A stretch of DNA of 45,704 nt, counting the filler, from Anaerolineae bacterium (GTDB lineage Bacteria > Chloroflexota > Anaerolineae > B4-G1 > DUEL01): the NCBI GenBank assembly GCA_041082215.1. It is 9 parts of 9 records of this genome, joined end to end, with 100 filler letters (N's around TTAATTAATTAA, not from the genome) between each part and the next. Parts side by side here need not be neighbours in the genome. Positions count along the whole stretch, not along the records: positions 21,560 to 29,835 come from JBDOIF010000034.1; positions 29,936 to 33,670 come from JBDOIF010000082.1; positions 33,771 to 35,206 come from JBDOIF010000087.1; positions 35,307 to 37,124 come from JBDOIF010000131.1; positions 37,225 to 40,291 come from JBDOIF010000009.1; 4 more parts are not named here. One strand, given 5' to 3'. Position numbers and translations under genes: made by a program. Below the pieces are notes generated by a model. It did no database searches, was not told the origin of the DNA, and was given only the letters and a program-made list of their open reading frames with translations. Position 1 is the stretch's first letter, and each line of letters opens with the position of its first letter. This document shows positions 28,452 to 37,820 of the stretch, piece by piece.

Positions 28452-28661
28452 TTAGCGCGGCAGCACCACCGGGCAGATAGAAAGCCGCTCCCGCAACTTC
28501 TTCGGCAACCTCGGGTCCTCCAGAGAGACCCCCAGCCGGTCCGCCAGGAAACAGCAGAACCGCTGCTCCTCCAGGTCACCATTGGCGTCCTGGAAGCAGG
28601 TTTCCAGCGCCTCCACCGGTTTCCCCTGATTGGCCGCTGTGAAGATGGCGTCCGCTTTCAT
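28452..28661 (-). CDS. Small hypothetical protein (69 aa)
   Basis: [14 protein letters not shown]...[14 protein letters not shown] overlap with the cysE stop; GGAGG upstream. Confidence 0.6.
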   Translation of the reverse strand: MKADAIFTAANQGKPVEALETCFQDANGDLEEQRFCCFLADRLGVSLEDPRLPKKLRERLSICPVVLPR

Positions 28662-29422
28662 CCTACACCTCCTCCCTGACCATTGGGTTCCTGCAGAAGA
28701 GAGGACAGAGGCTCCCCCTCTTCGGCACACACCCCTTCGCCCAGCAACCGTCGTTCCAGCCGTGCGACTCGCTCCTCCAGTTCCAGGTAGCGGTGGCTGA
28801 CCTCTTCCAGCGCCCCCGCCACCGGGTCGGTGATGCGGTTGTGTTCCAGCGCCGTCTCCGGGCGGGCGCCGTTGCCCAGCCGGGCCACGTGCGCCGGCAC
28901 CCCCACCACCGTTGCATACGCCGGCACCGACCGCACCACCACTGACCCCGCGCCGATGCGCGCGTGCTCCCCCACGGTGATGGGCCCCAGCAGAATGGCC
29001 CCCGCGCCGATGACCACCCCGTTGCAGACCGTGGGGTGTCGCTTCGTCTTCTGGCGGCTGGTCCCGCCCAGCACCACTCCCTGATAGAGAATCACGTCGT
29101 CTCCGACCTCCGCCGTCTCGCCGATGACGACGCCCATCCCGTGGTCAATGAAGACCCGCCGACCGATGCGGGCGCCGGGGTGAATCTCCACCCCGGTCAG
29201 CGCCCGGTTCAGGTGGGAGACCAGGCGGGCCAGCAGGTGGCGGCGCTTCCGCCACAGGAAATGGGCCACCCGGTGGAGCCACAGTGCTTGCACCCCCGGA
29301 TAGCAAAGGATAACCTCCCAGGCCGACCGGGCGGCCGGGTCGTTCTCCAGCGCGGCTTTGATGTCTTCCCGAAAGCGTTCTACCGCACGACGAATTCCCT
29401 CAGGCACCCACATACCTGGCAT
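28658..29422 (-). CDS. cysE: Serine O-acetyltransferase (start 29422 or 29413)
   Basis: [47 protein letters not shown]. Confidence 0.95.
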   Translation of the reverse strand: MPGMWVPEGIRRAVERFREDIKAALENDPAARSAWEVILCYPGVQALWLHRVAHFLWRKRRHLLARLVSHLNRALTGVEIHPGARIGRRVFIDHGMGVVIGETAEVGDDVILYQGVVLGGTSRQKTKRHPTVCNGVVIGAGAILLGPITVGEHARIGAGSVVVRSVPAYATVVGVPAHVARLGNGARPETALEHNRITDPVAGALEEVSHRYLELEERVARLERRLLGEGVCAEEGEPLSSLLQEPNGQGGGVG

Positions 29423-29835
29423 AGACTCCTTTCGCTTCTGCCTCGTTCGCTGCGCCTCTCACCAGGGTTCGGCCATCGGCGAAGACAGTGATCTCGTAGG
29501 GCTCGGTCCGGAACCGGAGCAGGTACTCGTTCCGGAACACCTCCCCGACCCGCCGAAGGCGCTCCGCCAGGCGCTCCAGCGGGATGGGGCCATCCCCGCG
29601 CGGGGTAATCTGAAAGGCGTTCTCCCCGCAGAGTTCGGCCACGCGGTCGGCCTCCCGCGCGGTCAGGAAGTCAAACCGGCCTTCGTCACAGGCCGGGCAG
29701 CGGCGCTCCCCCTTGTGGAGCGAGAAGACCTCCCAGAGCCCTTCCCAGACGTCCACGAAAATCAGCGGCGGGTCGGGCTCTGCCTGCCCGGTGAGGACCT
29801 TCAGCGCCTGGACGACCTCCAGCGAGGCGACGACG
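29400..29835 (-). CDS. ThiF/MoeB-family adenylyltransferase, C-terminal fragment
   Basis: ...[44 protein letters not shown]. Confidence 0.85.
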
Positions 29836-29935
29836 NNNNNNNNNNNNNNNNNNNNNNNNNNNNNNNNNNNNNNNNNNNNTTAATTAATTAANNNNNNNNN
29901 NNNNNNNNNNNNNNNNNNNNNNNNNNNNNNNNNNN

Positions 29936-30445
29936 GACGGAGGGAACAGCGGGGACAGCATCCGGGCAAGGGCTGATGCCCAGAAGGATGCACAGCAGGC
30001 GGCTGGTGACGTCCCGCACATCCGCCGCGCGGGCCCGGAGGTATTCACTGTGTACTGCCTCCAGCATGTGCACGTAGAGGCCGGAGGCATCGCTCAGGGC
30101 AGCTTCGGCGTTGACCCCCTGCTCTTCCAGCGCGGCCCGGACCCGGGTCAGCAGTTCGGGGTCTTCCAGCATGAGCATCTGGGCCTGGAAGATGGCGGCA
30201 GCGTCGTTGCCCAGGTCTTTTTCGGCCTGAAGAGCCATCTCCGCCAGTTGGGACCGGGCGGTCTCCACGGCGTTCTGGAATCGCCGCCATTCTGCGCCGG
30301 AGTCCTCCACCGGGTGGCGGTCAAACCGGAGGTCAGTCCGGCGAAACTGGAAGGCCGGGCCAATGGCGATGCCACCCGACGCGGCGACGCCGCGCAGGGT
30401 CTGGCCGGAGGGTCCGTTGTTGGTTGAGTGGTTCACTGTCATCAT
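29936..30445 (-). CDS. ptsI: PTS enzyme I, N-terminal fragment
   Basis: LRGVAASGGIAIGPA, AAIFQAQMLMLEDPEL, YLRARAADVRDV; truncated by the contig end. Confidence 0.85.
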
Positions 30446-30455
30446 CTGCGGGGCG

Positions 30456-30497
30456 GCGAAAACCCGCCCGCCTCTATCAGGGCGGGCGGGTTTTCGC
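30456..30497. repeat. Perfect 17-bp hairpin (terminator or REP)
   Basis: GCGAAAACCCGCCCGCC ... GGCGGGCGGGTTTTCGC. Confidence 0.6.
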
Positions 30498-30525
30498 GTA
30501 TGTCGGTTGATTACCAGCCGAATTA

Positions 30526-32319
30526 CCCATGGTTCGCTCAAATTTAGACCAGTTTTGAGAATTGAGGTAAACTCCTGGTATGAGCGAGAGACCAACAGTG
30601 ACAAACGAACGAGTGGATGACATCCCTCTGCTGCTGGCCCAGATGGAGCGGATGGGAGTACCGTCTCTGCTGGACGAGTTCTTCCCCACCCACGGCAACT
30701 GGCAAGGACTCAGCCTGGGGTGGACGGCCACCGTCTGGTTGGCCCATATCCTCTCGGAGGGCGACCACCGCTTGAACCACGTCCAATCCTGGGCGGAGAG
30801 GCGTCTGGAGACGCTGATGCGCTGCACCGGCCAGGCGGTGCGCGCCCTGGACTTCAGCGATGACCGCCTGGCGGATGTGTTGAGCGCTCTCAGCCAGGAT
30901 ACTGCCTGGGACGGCTTTGAGGCGGCGCTGAATGGGCACCTGCTGCGGGTGTACGACCTGAACCCCCGACAGGTGCGGCTGGATAGCACCACCGCCAGCG
31001 GCTATGGGGCGGTGACCCCTGAGGGGTTGTTCCAGTTCGGACACAGCAAAGACCATCGCCCGGACTTGCCCCAGGTGAAGGTCATGCTCTCCACCCTGGA
31101 CCCGCTGGGTCTGCCCCTGGCGACGACCGTGCTGCCCGGACAACGGGCCGATGACCCACTGTACATCCCGGCCATCACCCAGGTGCGAGAGGGGCTGGGG
31201 CGGCGGGGATTGTTGTATATCGGGGACTGCAAGATGGGAGCATTGGAAACCCGCGCCTTCACTCAGGCTGGCGGCGACTTCTACCTGTGCCCCCTGTCGG
31301 AAATCCAGCTGCCGCCGGACGGGCTGGAAGCGTATTTGACCCCGGTCTGGACGGGGGAACAGCAGCTGACCTCCGTCTATCGGGAAAAGGAGAACGGCGA
31401 ACCGGAAAAGATCGCCGAAGGGTACGAACGGCTGGAGGTGTTGACGGCGGTGGTGGATGGCCAGACGGTCACCTGGACGGAACGGCGGCTGGTGCTGCGG
31501 TCGCTGAAGGCAGCGCAAGCCGCAGAAGAAGCGTTGCGAACCCGGCTGGCGAAGGCCCAAAAGGCGCTCGCCGCTCTGAATGAGAGAGGCCGGGGGAAGA
31601 GACGGTTTTCGGAGGTGGAGTCTCTGCAGCAGGCGGCAGAAGCGGTGGTAGAGCAGCACCAGGTCCAGGGGCTGTTGCGCTTGAGTTACGAGGAAGAAAT
31701 CCAGGAGCGAACCGGGCGGCGCTATGGGGGACAGCCAGCGACGGTCCGGCAGGAGCGGACCGCCCGGGTGACAGTGGCTGTGGATGAGGAGGCGCTGGAG
31801 AAAGCCATCCGCCGGTTGGGATGGCGGGTGTATGCCACCAATGCCCTGGCGGAGCGGCTTTCCCTGGAGCAAGCGGTGCTGGCGTACCGGGGTCAGTATA
31901 TCATTGACCGGGGCATGAGGCGTCTGAAGGGCCGGCCGCTCTCGCTGACCCCCTTGTATCTGCAACGGGATGACCGGATTACAGGCCTGATCCGGTTGCT
32001 GGCCATTGGCCTGCGGGTGCTGACCCTGGTGGAGTTTGTGGTCCGCCGCCGCCTGGCTGCGGAAGGGGGGAAACTGCGCGGTCTGTATGCCGGGAATCCC
32101 CAACGGGAGACGGCGCGGCCGACAGCGGAGCGCCTCCTGGGAGCCTTCCAGGAGATCACCCTGACGGTCATTCAGGAGCCTCATCAAACCCATCGTCATC
32201 TTACCCCGCTTTCCGAGGTACAACAGCGCATCCTGGCATTGTTGGGCTTCTCTACAGACATCTACACCAGGCTCTGCGCCGATTCCACCAAACCGCCTTA
32301 AAAATGAGCGAACCATGGG
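30526..32319 (+). mobile_element. IS1634-family insertion sequence
   Basis: Terminal IRs CCCATGGTTCGCTCA / TGAGCGAACCATGGG; no 5-6 bp TSD seen. Confidence 0.88.
30580..32301 (+). CDS. IS1634-family DDE transposase
   Basis: ERVDDIPLL, RLDSTT, FGHSKDHRPDLPQ, YIGDCKM, YRGQYIIDRG. Confidence 0.9.
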   Translation: MSERPTVTNERVDDIPLLLAQMERMGVPSLLDEFFPTHGNWQGLSLGWTATVWLAHILSEGDHRLNHVQSWAERRLETLMRCTGQAVRALDFSDDRLADVLSALSQDTAWDGFEAALNGHLLRVYDLNPRQVRLDSTTASGYGAVTPEGLFQFGHSKDHRPDLPQVKVMLSTLDPLGLPLATTVLPGQRADDPLYIPAITQVREGLGRRGLLYIGDCKMGALETRAFTQAGGDFYLCPLSEIQLPPDGLEAYLTPVWTGEQQLTSVYREKENGEPEKIAEGYERLEVLTAVVDGQTVTWTERRLVLRSLKAAQAAEEALRTRLAKAQKALAALNERGRGKRRFSEVESLQQAAEAVVEQHQVQGLLRLSYEEEIQERTGRRYGGQPATVRQERTARVTVAVDEEALEKAIRRLGWRVYATNALAERLSLEQAVLAYRGQYIIDRGMRRLKGRPLSLTPLYLQRDDRITGLIRLLAIGLRVLTLVEFVVRRRLAAEGGKLRGLYAGNPQRETARPTAERLLGAFQEITLTVIQEPHQTHRHLTPLSEVQQRILALLGFSTDIYTRLCADSTKPP

Positions 32320-33519
32320 TATCAATGCTCTAATATTTTGTGGTAGAATGGGTGTTAAACGCTATAGGGGGATAAGCCATGGAGCGACCACAGGGGAAAC
32401 AAGGCTTGAGGGCCTATCTGAAAGGCATCCCGGATCCTCGTCGCCGCCAGGGGCGCATCTATCCTCTGGAGGCCGTATTGACGATGCTCATTCTGGCTGC
32501 GGTGAACGGGCAAAAGAGCCTGCGCGGGATGTGGAAGTGGGCTCAGGAGCACTGGCAGCAAATCCGCTCGGAGGTGGGCACGGGGTGGCTGCTCCATCCC
32601 CCCGAATACGGGACCTTGTGGTGAATATTGGTTCTTCTCCCGCTGACCGAATTAGAGAGAGCAACGAAGCAGTGGGCAGAAGAGGAGGGAGGACGCATTA
32701 TCAGTATAGACGGGAAAACGCTTCGGGGGAGCAAACGGGATGCGGGTTTTGCGGCTCTCCAGGTTGTGGTAGCGGCCGCCCAGGGGGTTCGGCTCGTTTT
32801 GAGCCGGGAAGGGGTGGAGGAAGGGGAAGTCACTCAGGCCGCCTTGCGGCTGTTGCAAGGGATGTCCCTGGAAGGGAAGGTCGTTACTCTGGATGCCGGA
32901 CTGAACCAACGGGAAGTGGCCCGGGAGGTTGTGGAAAAAGGGGGGCCTATTTAGGGGTGGTGAAAGAGAATCACGGAGAGGTTCTGGAGGCTCTGGTAGA
33001 GGGGTTGGAAGCGGAGAGGGGGGAGTCCCCGCCGGACTGGAAGGAATGGGATCGGCGACACGGGCGGTTAGAAGTTCGGGAGTACTGGTGGGTGAAAGCG
33101 GATCCGGAGATGCGGACCTATTTGGAGCGGGAATATGGCTGGCCTGCGGTGTGCTGGTACGGACAGGTGCGCCGTCGGCGGACGCCTCTCCATCGGAGCG
33201 AGTGGAGCACAGAGGAGGTTGTCGTGGTGTATGGCACCCGGCGAGGGCCAGAACCCACGCCGCGGCAGCTCAGCCGCTGGACGCGAGGCCACTGGGAGAT
33301 AGAGAATTGCGTCTTTTGGGTGCTGGATGTGACCTATCAGGAGGATCAAAACCCCGCTCGGAAGATTGCCCGGCCGCTCCACGCTTTTCGGTGTGCGGCG
33401 ATCAATTTGATTCGCCTGCAGGGCTTCCCCTACGTGCCGGATGGTCAAAGAGCAGCATCGGCCCGCCCCGACCGAGGCCTGGCCTGGCTCGGTATGCGTT
33501 AGAGAATTGATAAGCCCTG
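32320..33519 (+). mobile_element. ISAs1-family element with a truncated left end
   Basis: Right IR TTAGAGAATTGATAAGCCCTG; left remnant TATCAATGCTCTAA lacks the first 7 nt (CAGGGCT). Confidence 0.8.
32379..33502 (+). pseudogene. ISAs1 (H-repeat) transposase with a nonsense codon and a frameshift
   Basis: IPDPRRRQGRIYPL, IDGKTLRGS, VTLDA, RGHWEIENCVFWVLDVTYQED; TGA at 32622-32624; -1 shift at A5G6 (32935-32945). Confidence 0.85.
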
Positions 33520-33588
33520 GATGGAACGCGCCAACTTCCCATTCCCCCTTTTATCGGGTATAATGAAACGAAGTTCGGAGGGTGGGCT

Positions 33589-33670
33589 ATGGAGGATGCC
33601 CTTTTTGAGCAATTCGTCGCCGAGGCGCTGGAGGGGTTACCGGAGGTCTTCCGGAGCCGCCTGGAGAATG
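33589..33670 (+). CDS. Zincin-like metallopeptidase family protein, N-terminal fragment
   Basis: MEDALFEQFVAEALEGLPEVFRSRLEN; GGAGG RBS and TATAAT upstream; only 27 codons are visible. Confidence 0.6.
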
Positions 33671-33770
33671 NNNNNNNNNNNNNNNNNNNNNNNNNNNNNN
33701 NNNNNNNNNNNNNNTTAATTAATTAANNNNNNNNNNNNNNNNNNNNNNNNNNNNNNNNNNNNNNNNNNNN

Positions 33771-33890
33771 CCCCCAAATCCCCCTCATCATCCCCTCCCC
33801 TCGCCCGTTTGCGGGAGAGGGGAGGGGCCGGGGAGGAGTGAGGGTCTCCCGCACAGCGGCAACGGGGAGGGGGCAGGGGGGAGGGGCATT
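33771..33890. repeat. C/G-run REP-like palindromes (family B-related)
   Basis: CCCCTCCCCTCGCCCG-TTTG-CGGGAGAGGGGAGGGG...GTGAGGG. Confidence 0.6.
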
Positions 33891-33951
33891 CTGAAAGCAT
33901 TTTCTGCTAACCGCACAGGTAGAATTTTTGTAATCCTTCAGGAGGTTTCCC

Positions 33952-34356
33952 ATGGCCCAACATCTGGTCCGAGACATCTACCACAAAGGCGTCATCTTCT
34001 GCAAGCCCGACACTCCCCTCCAGGAAGTGGTGCGGGTGATGGCCGATACCGACATCCACGCCATCATCGTTGCCGAGGGAGAGGGAACCCAGCCCCTGGG
34101 GGTCGTCTCTCACACCGACGCCATCGCTCACTATGGGGAGGACCTGAGCCGGATTCGCGCGGCCGATGTCATGACCCGGGGCGTCGTCACCATCTCCAAA
34201 GAGGCACCGGTGGCCGAGGCGGCGAAGAAGATGCTGGAGAGCCGGATTCACCGTCTCCTGGTCGTGGACGAGGACGGCACCCCTCTGGGCATCCTTTCCA
34301 CGACCGACATCATCCGCGATATGCGCGGCTCCAAATGGGTCTGGTACATGGGATGA
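33952..34356 (+). CDS. CBS-domain pair protein
   Basis: [10 protein letters not shown]...[20 protein letters not shown]...IHRLLVVD...GILSTTDI. Confidence 0.9.
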   Translation: MAQHLVRDIYHKGVIFCKPDTPLQEVVRVMADTDIHAIIVAEGEGTQPLGVVSHTDAIAHYGEDLSRIRAADVMTRGVVTISKEAPVAEAAKKMLESRIHRLLVVDEDGTPLGILSTTDIIRDMRGSKWVWYMG

Positions 34357-34360
34357 GCCG

Positions 34361-35206
34361 ATGCCCGAGGAAATTATCACCATAGAACGGCATATCCTGG
34401 AGCAGGAGCGGGCCTACCCGGAGGCGACCGGCGTCTTCACCAGCCTCCTCTATGATATCGCGCTGGCGGCCAAAATCATCGCCCGCGAGACCTCCCGCGC
34501 TGGCCTGGTCCAGATTCTCGGCCTGGCAGGCAAGACCAACGTCCAGGGCGAAGCGCAGATGAAACTGGACGTTTTCGCCAACCAGACCATCATCCGCATG
34601 AACTCCTACACGGGCCGGCTGGCGGTGATGGCCTCCGAGGAAGAGCCGGACATCATCCCCATCCCCGAGGGCTACCCCACAGGCCGGTATGTCCTGGTCT
34701 TTGACCCTCTGGATGGGTCCTCCAATATTGACGTGAACGCCAGTATCGGCACAATTTTTGGCATTTACCGCCGCCGCACTCCCGCCGGTCCGGGGACGGT
34801 AGAGGATTGTCTCCAGCCGGGACGGGACCTGGCAGCAGCTGGCTATATCATCTACGGCTCCAGTACAATGATGGTCTACACGACAGGCAACGGGGTGCAC
34901 GGTTTCACCCTGGACCCGGGCGTGGGAGAGTTTCTGCTTTCCCATCCGAACATTCACATCCCGGCAGAGCCCAAGTACTACAGCGTCAACCAGGGCAATG
35001 AGAAGTACTGGAGTGAGGGTGTGCGGCGGTTTACCCGCTGGCTGCAGGGGATGGACGAGGAGAATCCCCGCAAGCCGCTCTCCGGCCGCTACATTGGCTC
35101 GCTGGTTGCCGACTTTCACCGCAACCTGCTGGAAGGCGGGGTCTTTTACTATCCTCAGGACTACAAAGACCCCAGCAAGCCTAAGGGGAAATTGCGTCTC
35201 CTCTAC
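34361..35206 (+). CDS. fbp: Fructose-1,6-bisphosphatase class I (3' truncated)
   Basis: [52 protein letters not shown]. Confidence 0.95.
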
Positions 35207-35339
35207 NNNNNNNNNNNNNNNNNNNNNNNNNNNNNNNNNNNNNNNNNNNNTTAATTAATTAANNNNNNNNNNNNNNNNNNNNNNNNNNNNNNNNNNNNNN
35301 NNNNNNGGCGGGCGGCGAAGCCGCCCGCCCAAAAATCCC

Positions 35340-35399
35340 TTTCTTCACCCCCCTCTCCCCAGAGCGGAGCGATGGGGAGAGGGGGGCAAAGGGGGTGAG
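35340..35399. repeat. REP-like palindrome family B, interrupted by the IS110 insertion
   Basis: CCCCCCTCTCCCCAGAGCGGAGCGATGGGGAGAGGGGGGCAAAGGGGGTGAG, continuing as GGGCAAC at 36979; a similar copy lies at 41567-41618 (reverse). Confidence 0.75.
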
Positions 35400-35415
35400 A
35401 TACTATGTAGCAGAG

Positions 35416-35444
35416 TTGCTTAAGGGGGTCGCTTCGGGTAAGAT
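35416..35444 (+). promoter_or_regulatory. Candidate transposase promoter overlapping the left subterminal IR
   Basis: TTGCTT-N17-TAAGAT. Confidence 0.45.
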
Positions 35445-35496
35445 TCTGGTGAAAGACCTGCTATCCCGTTTTCAGATCAGGAAGGAGGTATTTGCG

Positions 35497-36615
35497 ATGA
35501 ACGAAGCGACCCCACAACCCACCCTGTATCTCGCTTTTGAACTGGGCGACCAGAAGTGGCGCCTCGGCTTCACCGTCGGGCTGGGACAACGACCCCGCGA
35601 GCGCATCATCCGCGCGGGAGACCTCTCCGCCCTCCAGCAGGAAATCGCCCGCGCCCGCCAGCGCTTCGGCCTCCCCGAGGATGCCCGTGTTCTCAGTTGC
35701 TACGAAGCCGGACGCGACGGCTTCTGGCTCCACCGCTACCTCCTGGCTCACGGTGTCCAGAACCTGGTGGTGGACTCGGCCAGCATTGAGGTCAAGCGCA
35801 AGGCCCGTCGGGCGAAAACTGACCACCTGGATGTGGTCAAGCTCCTGACCATGCTCATCCGCTTTGACCACGGGGAGAAAAAGGTCTGGAGCGTGGTGCG
35901 GGTGCCCGACGACCCGGTAGAAGACCGACGCCACCTCCACCGCCAGTTGCAGACCCTCAAGGAGGACCGGACTCGCTACCTCAACCGCATCCAGGGGCTC
36001 CTGGCCGGACAGGGGATTCGCCTCCGGATGGGGGCCGACTTTCTGGAGCGGTTGGGCCAGGTGCGGCGCTGGGACGGCTCTCCCCTGCCGGACGGGTTGC
36101 GCCGCCGACTGGAGATAGAGTACGCTGGCCTTCAGTTTGTGGAAGGGCAAATCCGCTATCTGGAGGCCCAGCGCCGCCATCTCCTCCGCACTTCGGACGA
36201 CCCGGATGTCCAGAAGGTGCGGAAGTTGCTCCAGTTGCGGAGCATCGGAGAGAACATTGCCTGGCCGCTGGTGGTGGAGTGCTTTGGCTGGCGGGAGTTC
36301 CGCAACCGCCGGGAGGTGGGAGGGCTGGTCGGGCTGGTGCCGCTGCCCTACCAGAGCGGCCAGGAGCGCCGAGATCAGGGCATCAGCAAGGCCGGGAATC
36401 CTTCCCTGCGGGCGCTGGCCATTGAACTGGCCTGGCTCTGGTTGCGGTATCAGCCCCAGAGCGAGTTGAGCCAGTGGTATCAGCGGCGATTCGGGAAGGG
36501 GAGCAAACGGCAGCGCAAAATCGGGATTGTGGCGCTGGCCCGGAGGTTGCTGATTGCCTTGTGGCGGTATCTGGAGTTTGGGGAGATTCCCGCCGGAGCG
36601 CAGTTGAAGGCGTAG
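35497..36615 (+). CDS. IS110-family recombinase/transposase
   Basis: LYLAFELG, CYEAG, KTDHLD (RuvC-like, first D replaced by E); GLVPLPYQSG, GISKAGN, IVALARRL; AGGAGGT RBS. Confidence 0.93.
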   Translation: MNEATPQPTLYLAFELGDQKWRLGFTVGLGQRPRERIIRAGDLSALQQEIARARQRFGLPEDARVLSCYEAGRDGFWLHRYLLAHGVQNLVVDSASIEVKRKARRAKTDHLDVVKLLTMLIRFDHGEKKVWSVVRVPDDPVEDRRHLHRQLQTLKEDRTRYLNRIQGLLAGQGIRLRMGADFLERLGQVRRWDGSPLPDGLRRRLEIEYAGLQFVEGQIRYLEAQRRHLLRTSDDPDVQKVRKLLQLRSIGENIAWPLVVECFGWREFRNRREVGGLVGLVPLPYQSGQERRDQGISKAGNPSLRALAIELAWLWLRYQPQSELSQWYQRRFGKGSKRQRKIGIVALARRLLIALWRYLEFGEIPAGAQLKA

Positions 36616-36619
36616 ACAA

Positions 36620-36900
36620 AGAGACTTTCCCCTCCCTTCGGGGTCGGGCCTCCTCCGGGAGGCCGGGGGGAGCGTGCCGGTTTTGCCCTGGGTTTTCCCG
36701 AAAGGGACCGCGGGTGAGAGGGAGCCGCTCCCCAGGTGCATACTCCCTGGACGCATCCGGTATGAGGTGTCTGGCCCAGGTGGGTCAGCACGGATAGAAG
36801 GCGGTGGAGGGCTGATTGGCCCGACGGGGAGGGTCCCCGGCTTGGTGGAGGGGGTTGCCCCGACAGGGGAAGGTTCGCTTCCGTCTGCGCTCGGTTTTTA
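36620..36900 (+). ncRNA. Predicted bridge/seekRNA in the 3' non-coding region (ends approximate)
   Basis: Target loop TTGCCC(36683-88)-hairpin-GGGTGAG(36712-18); donor loop GTAT(36760-63)-hairpin-ATAGAAG(36794-800); the segments match the flanks and the element ends. Confidence 0.7.
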
Positions 36901-37224
36901 AAGAAAAGAGCGACCCGAAGGGTCGGTAGAGGCCGCGCGTCTATTCACCAGAGCTTGACAAAAGCGACCTCATAGAAGGGGCAACAGAGCCGTTGCCAAA
37001 AGTGTTACCAATCATGAACGATCCCTGCAGAAAACCGTCAGAATCTCTGCGCCCTCCGCGTTCTCTGCGGTGAATTCCAGCTAACCGCACAGGCGAAAAG
37101 CCTGCGCATGTAAGCCGGGAAAGCNNNNNNNNNNNNNNNNNNNNNNNNNNNNNNNNNNNNNNNNNNNNTTAATTAATTAANNNNNNNNNNNNNNNNNNNN
37201 NNNNNNNNNNNNNNNNNNNNNNNN

Positions 37225-37567
37225 CCGTTGGCCGGCGGCGGGTCTCATAACTCGGCTCGATCTCGTCCCGCCGCTCCCAGGTGCGGTTGACCAGTTTGAT
37301 CAGCCCCTCCACCTCCCGGATCGCCGCCTCCCGGTCCTCGACGTTGCTGACGGCGATCTGATTGGGCTGGAAAGTGATGTAATGGCCGGCCTTCCGCCAC
37401 TGAATGGAGGGCACCTCCGGCCGGTAGACCGCGCCGCGCAGGGTGGCGTTCAGGTACGGGAAGACTTCCCGGATGTCGTTGGGCAGGTGAGCGATGGCGC
37501 TGAAACGCTCCGCCCCCGGCTCACAGGGCGGCGTGAAGACTTCCAGATCGTATTTGTCAATCACCAT
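37225..37567 (-). CDS. Putative Fe-S-binding protein (COG4871-like), C-terminus missing
   Basis: TPPCEPGAERFSAIAHL..DIREVFPYLNA, LVNRTWERRDEIEP; family recalled from memory, not searched. Confidence 0.7.
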
Positions 37568-37770
37568 GGGAGCCTTCCTCTCACTTCAGCGATGCCCGCA
37601 CCGGGCACGTCAATGAGGACCTTTCAGCCGCCCTCCAGTGCCTGCTGGGCCGGCTTTTTAAGGTGCTGGTCCAGGAACGCCAGCGCGCCCCCGGCGTCCC
37701 GGTCCAGAATGATGCGGCACAGGTCCACCAGTTCCTCGTCGGTCAGGATAATCGTCAGCCCTTTTTTCAT
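37561..37770 (-). CDS. Small protein, candidate selenoprotein (48 aa if UGA is a stop; 69 aa with Sec49)
   Basis: MKKGLTIILTDEELVDLCRIILDRDAGGALAFLDQHLKKPAQQALEGG-UGA(37624-37626)-KVLIDVPGAGIAEVRGRLPW*; SECIS-like hairpin downstream; absent from the ORF track. Confidence 0.6.
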
Positions 37771-37820
37771 CGTTACAAAGTCCTGGGTGGCTGAAGGACA
37801 GGCCTCCAGCCCCCCAACTC

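Larger units (their letters stand above)
35400..36978 (+). mobile_element. Complete IS110-family element with IS1111-like layout
   Basis: AG core at both junctions (35398-35399, 36977-36978); subterminal IR GGGGTCGCTT (35425-35434) / AAGCGACCTC (36962-36971); TTGACA near the right end; removing the element restores REP GGGGGTGAGGGGCAAC. Confidence 0.8.

Noticed and set aside
32622..32624. In-frame TGA in the ISAs1 transposase as selenocysteine
   Set aside because: There is no redox motif context and no convincing downstream hairpin. A nonsense mutation in an element with a broken end is simpler.
36955..36978. Strong circle-junction promoter (TTGACA at the right end + TACTAT at the left end)
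   Set aside because: The spacing would be 19 nt, longer than optimal, so it is not claimed.
35422..36981. AAGGGG at both sides as the IS110 boundaries
   Set aside because: The AG-core boundaries (35400-36978) restore the REP and match all four guide segments; the AAGGGG model does not.
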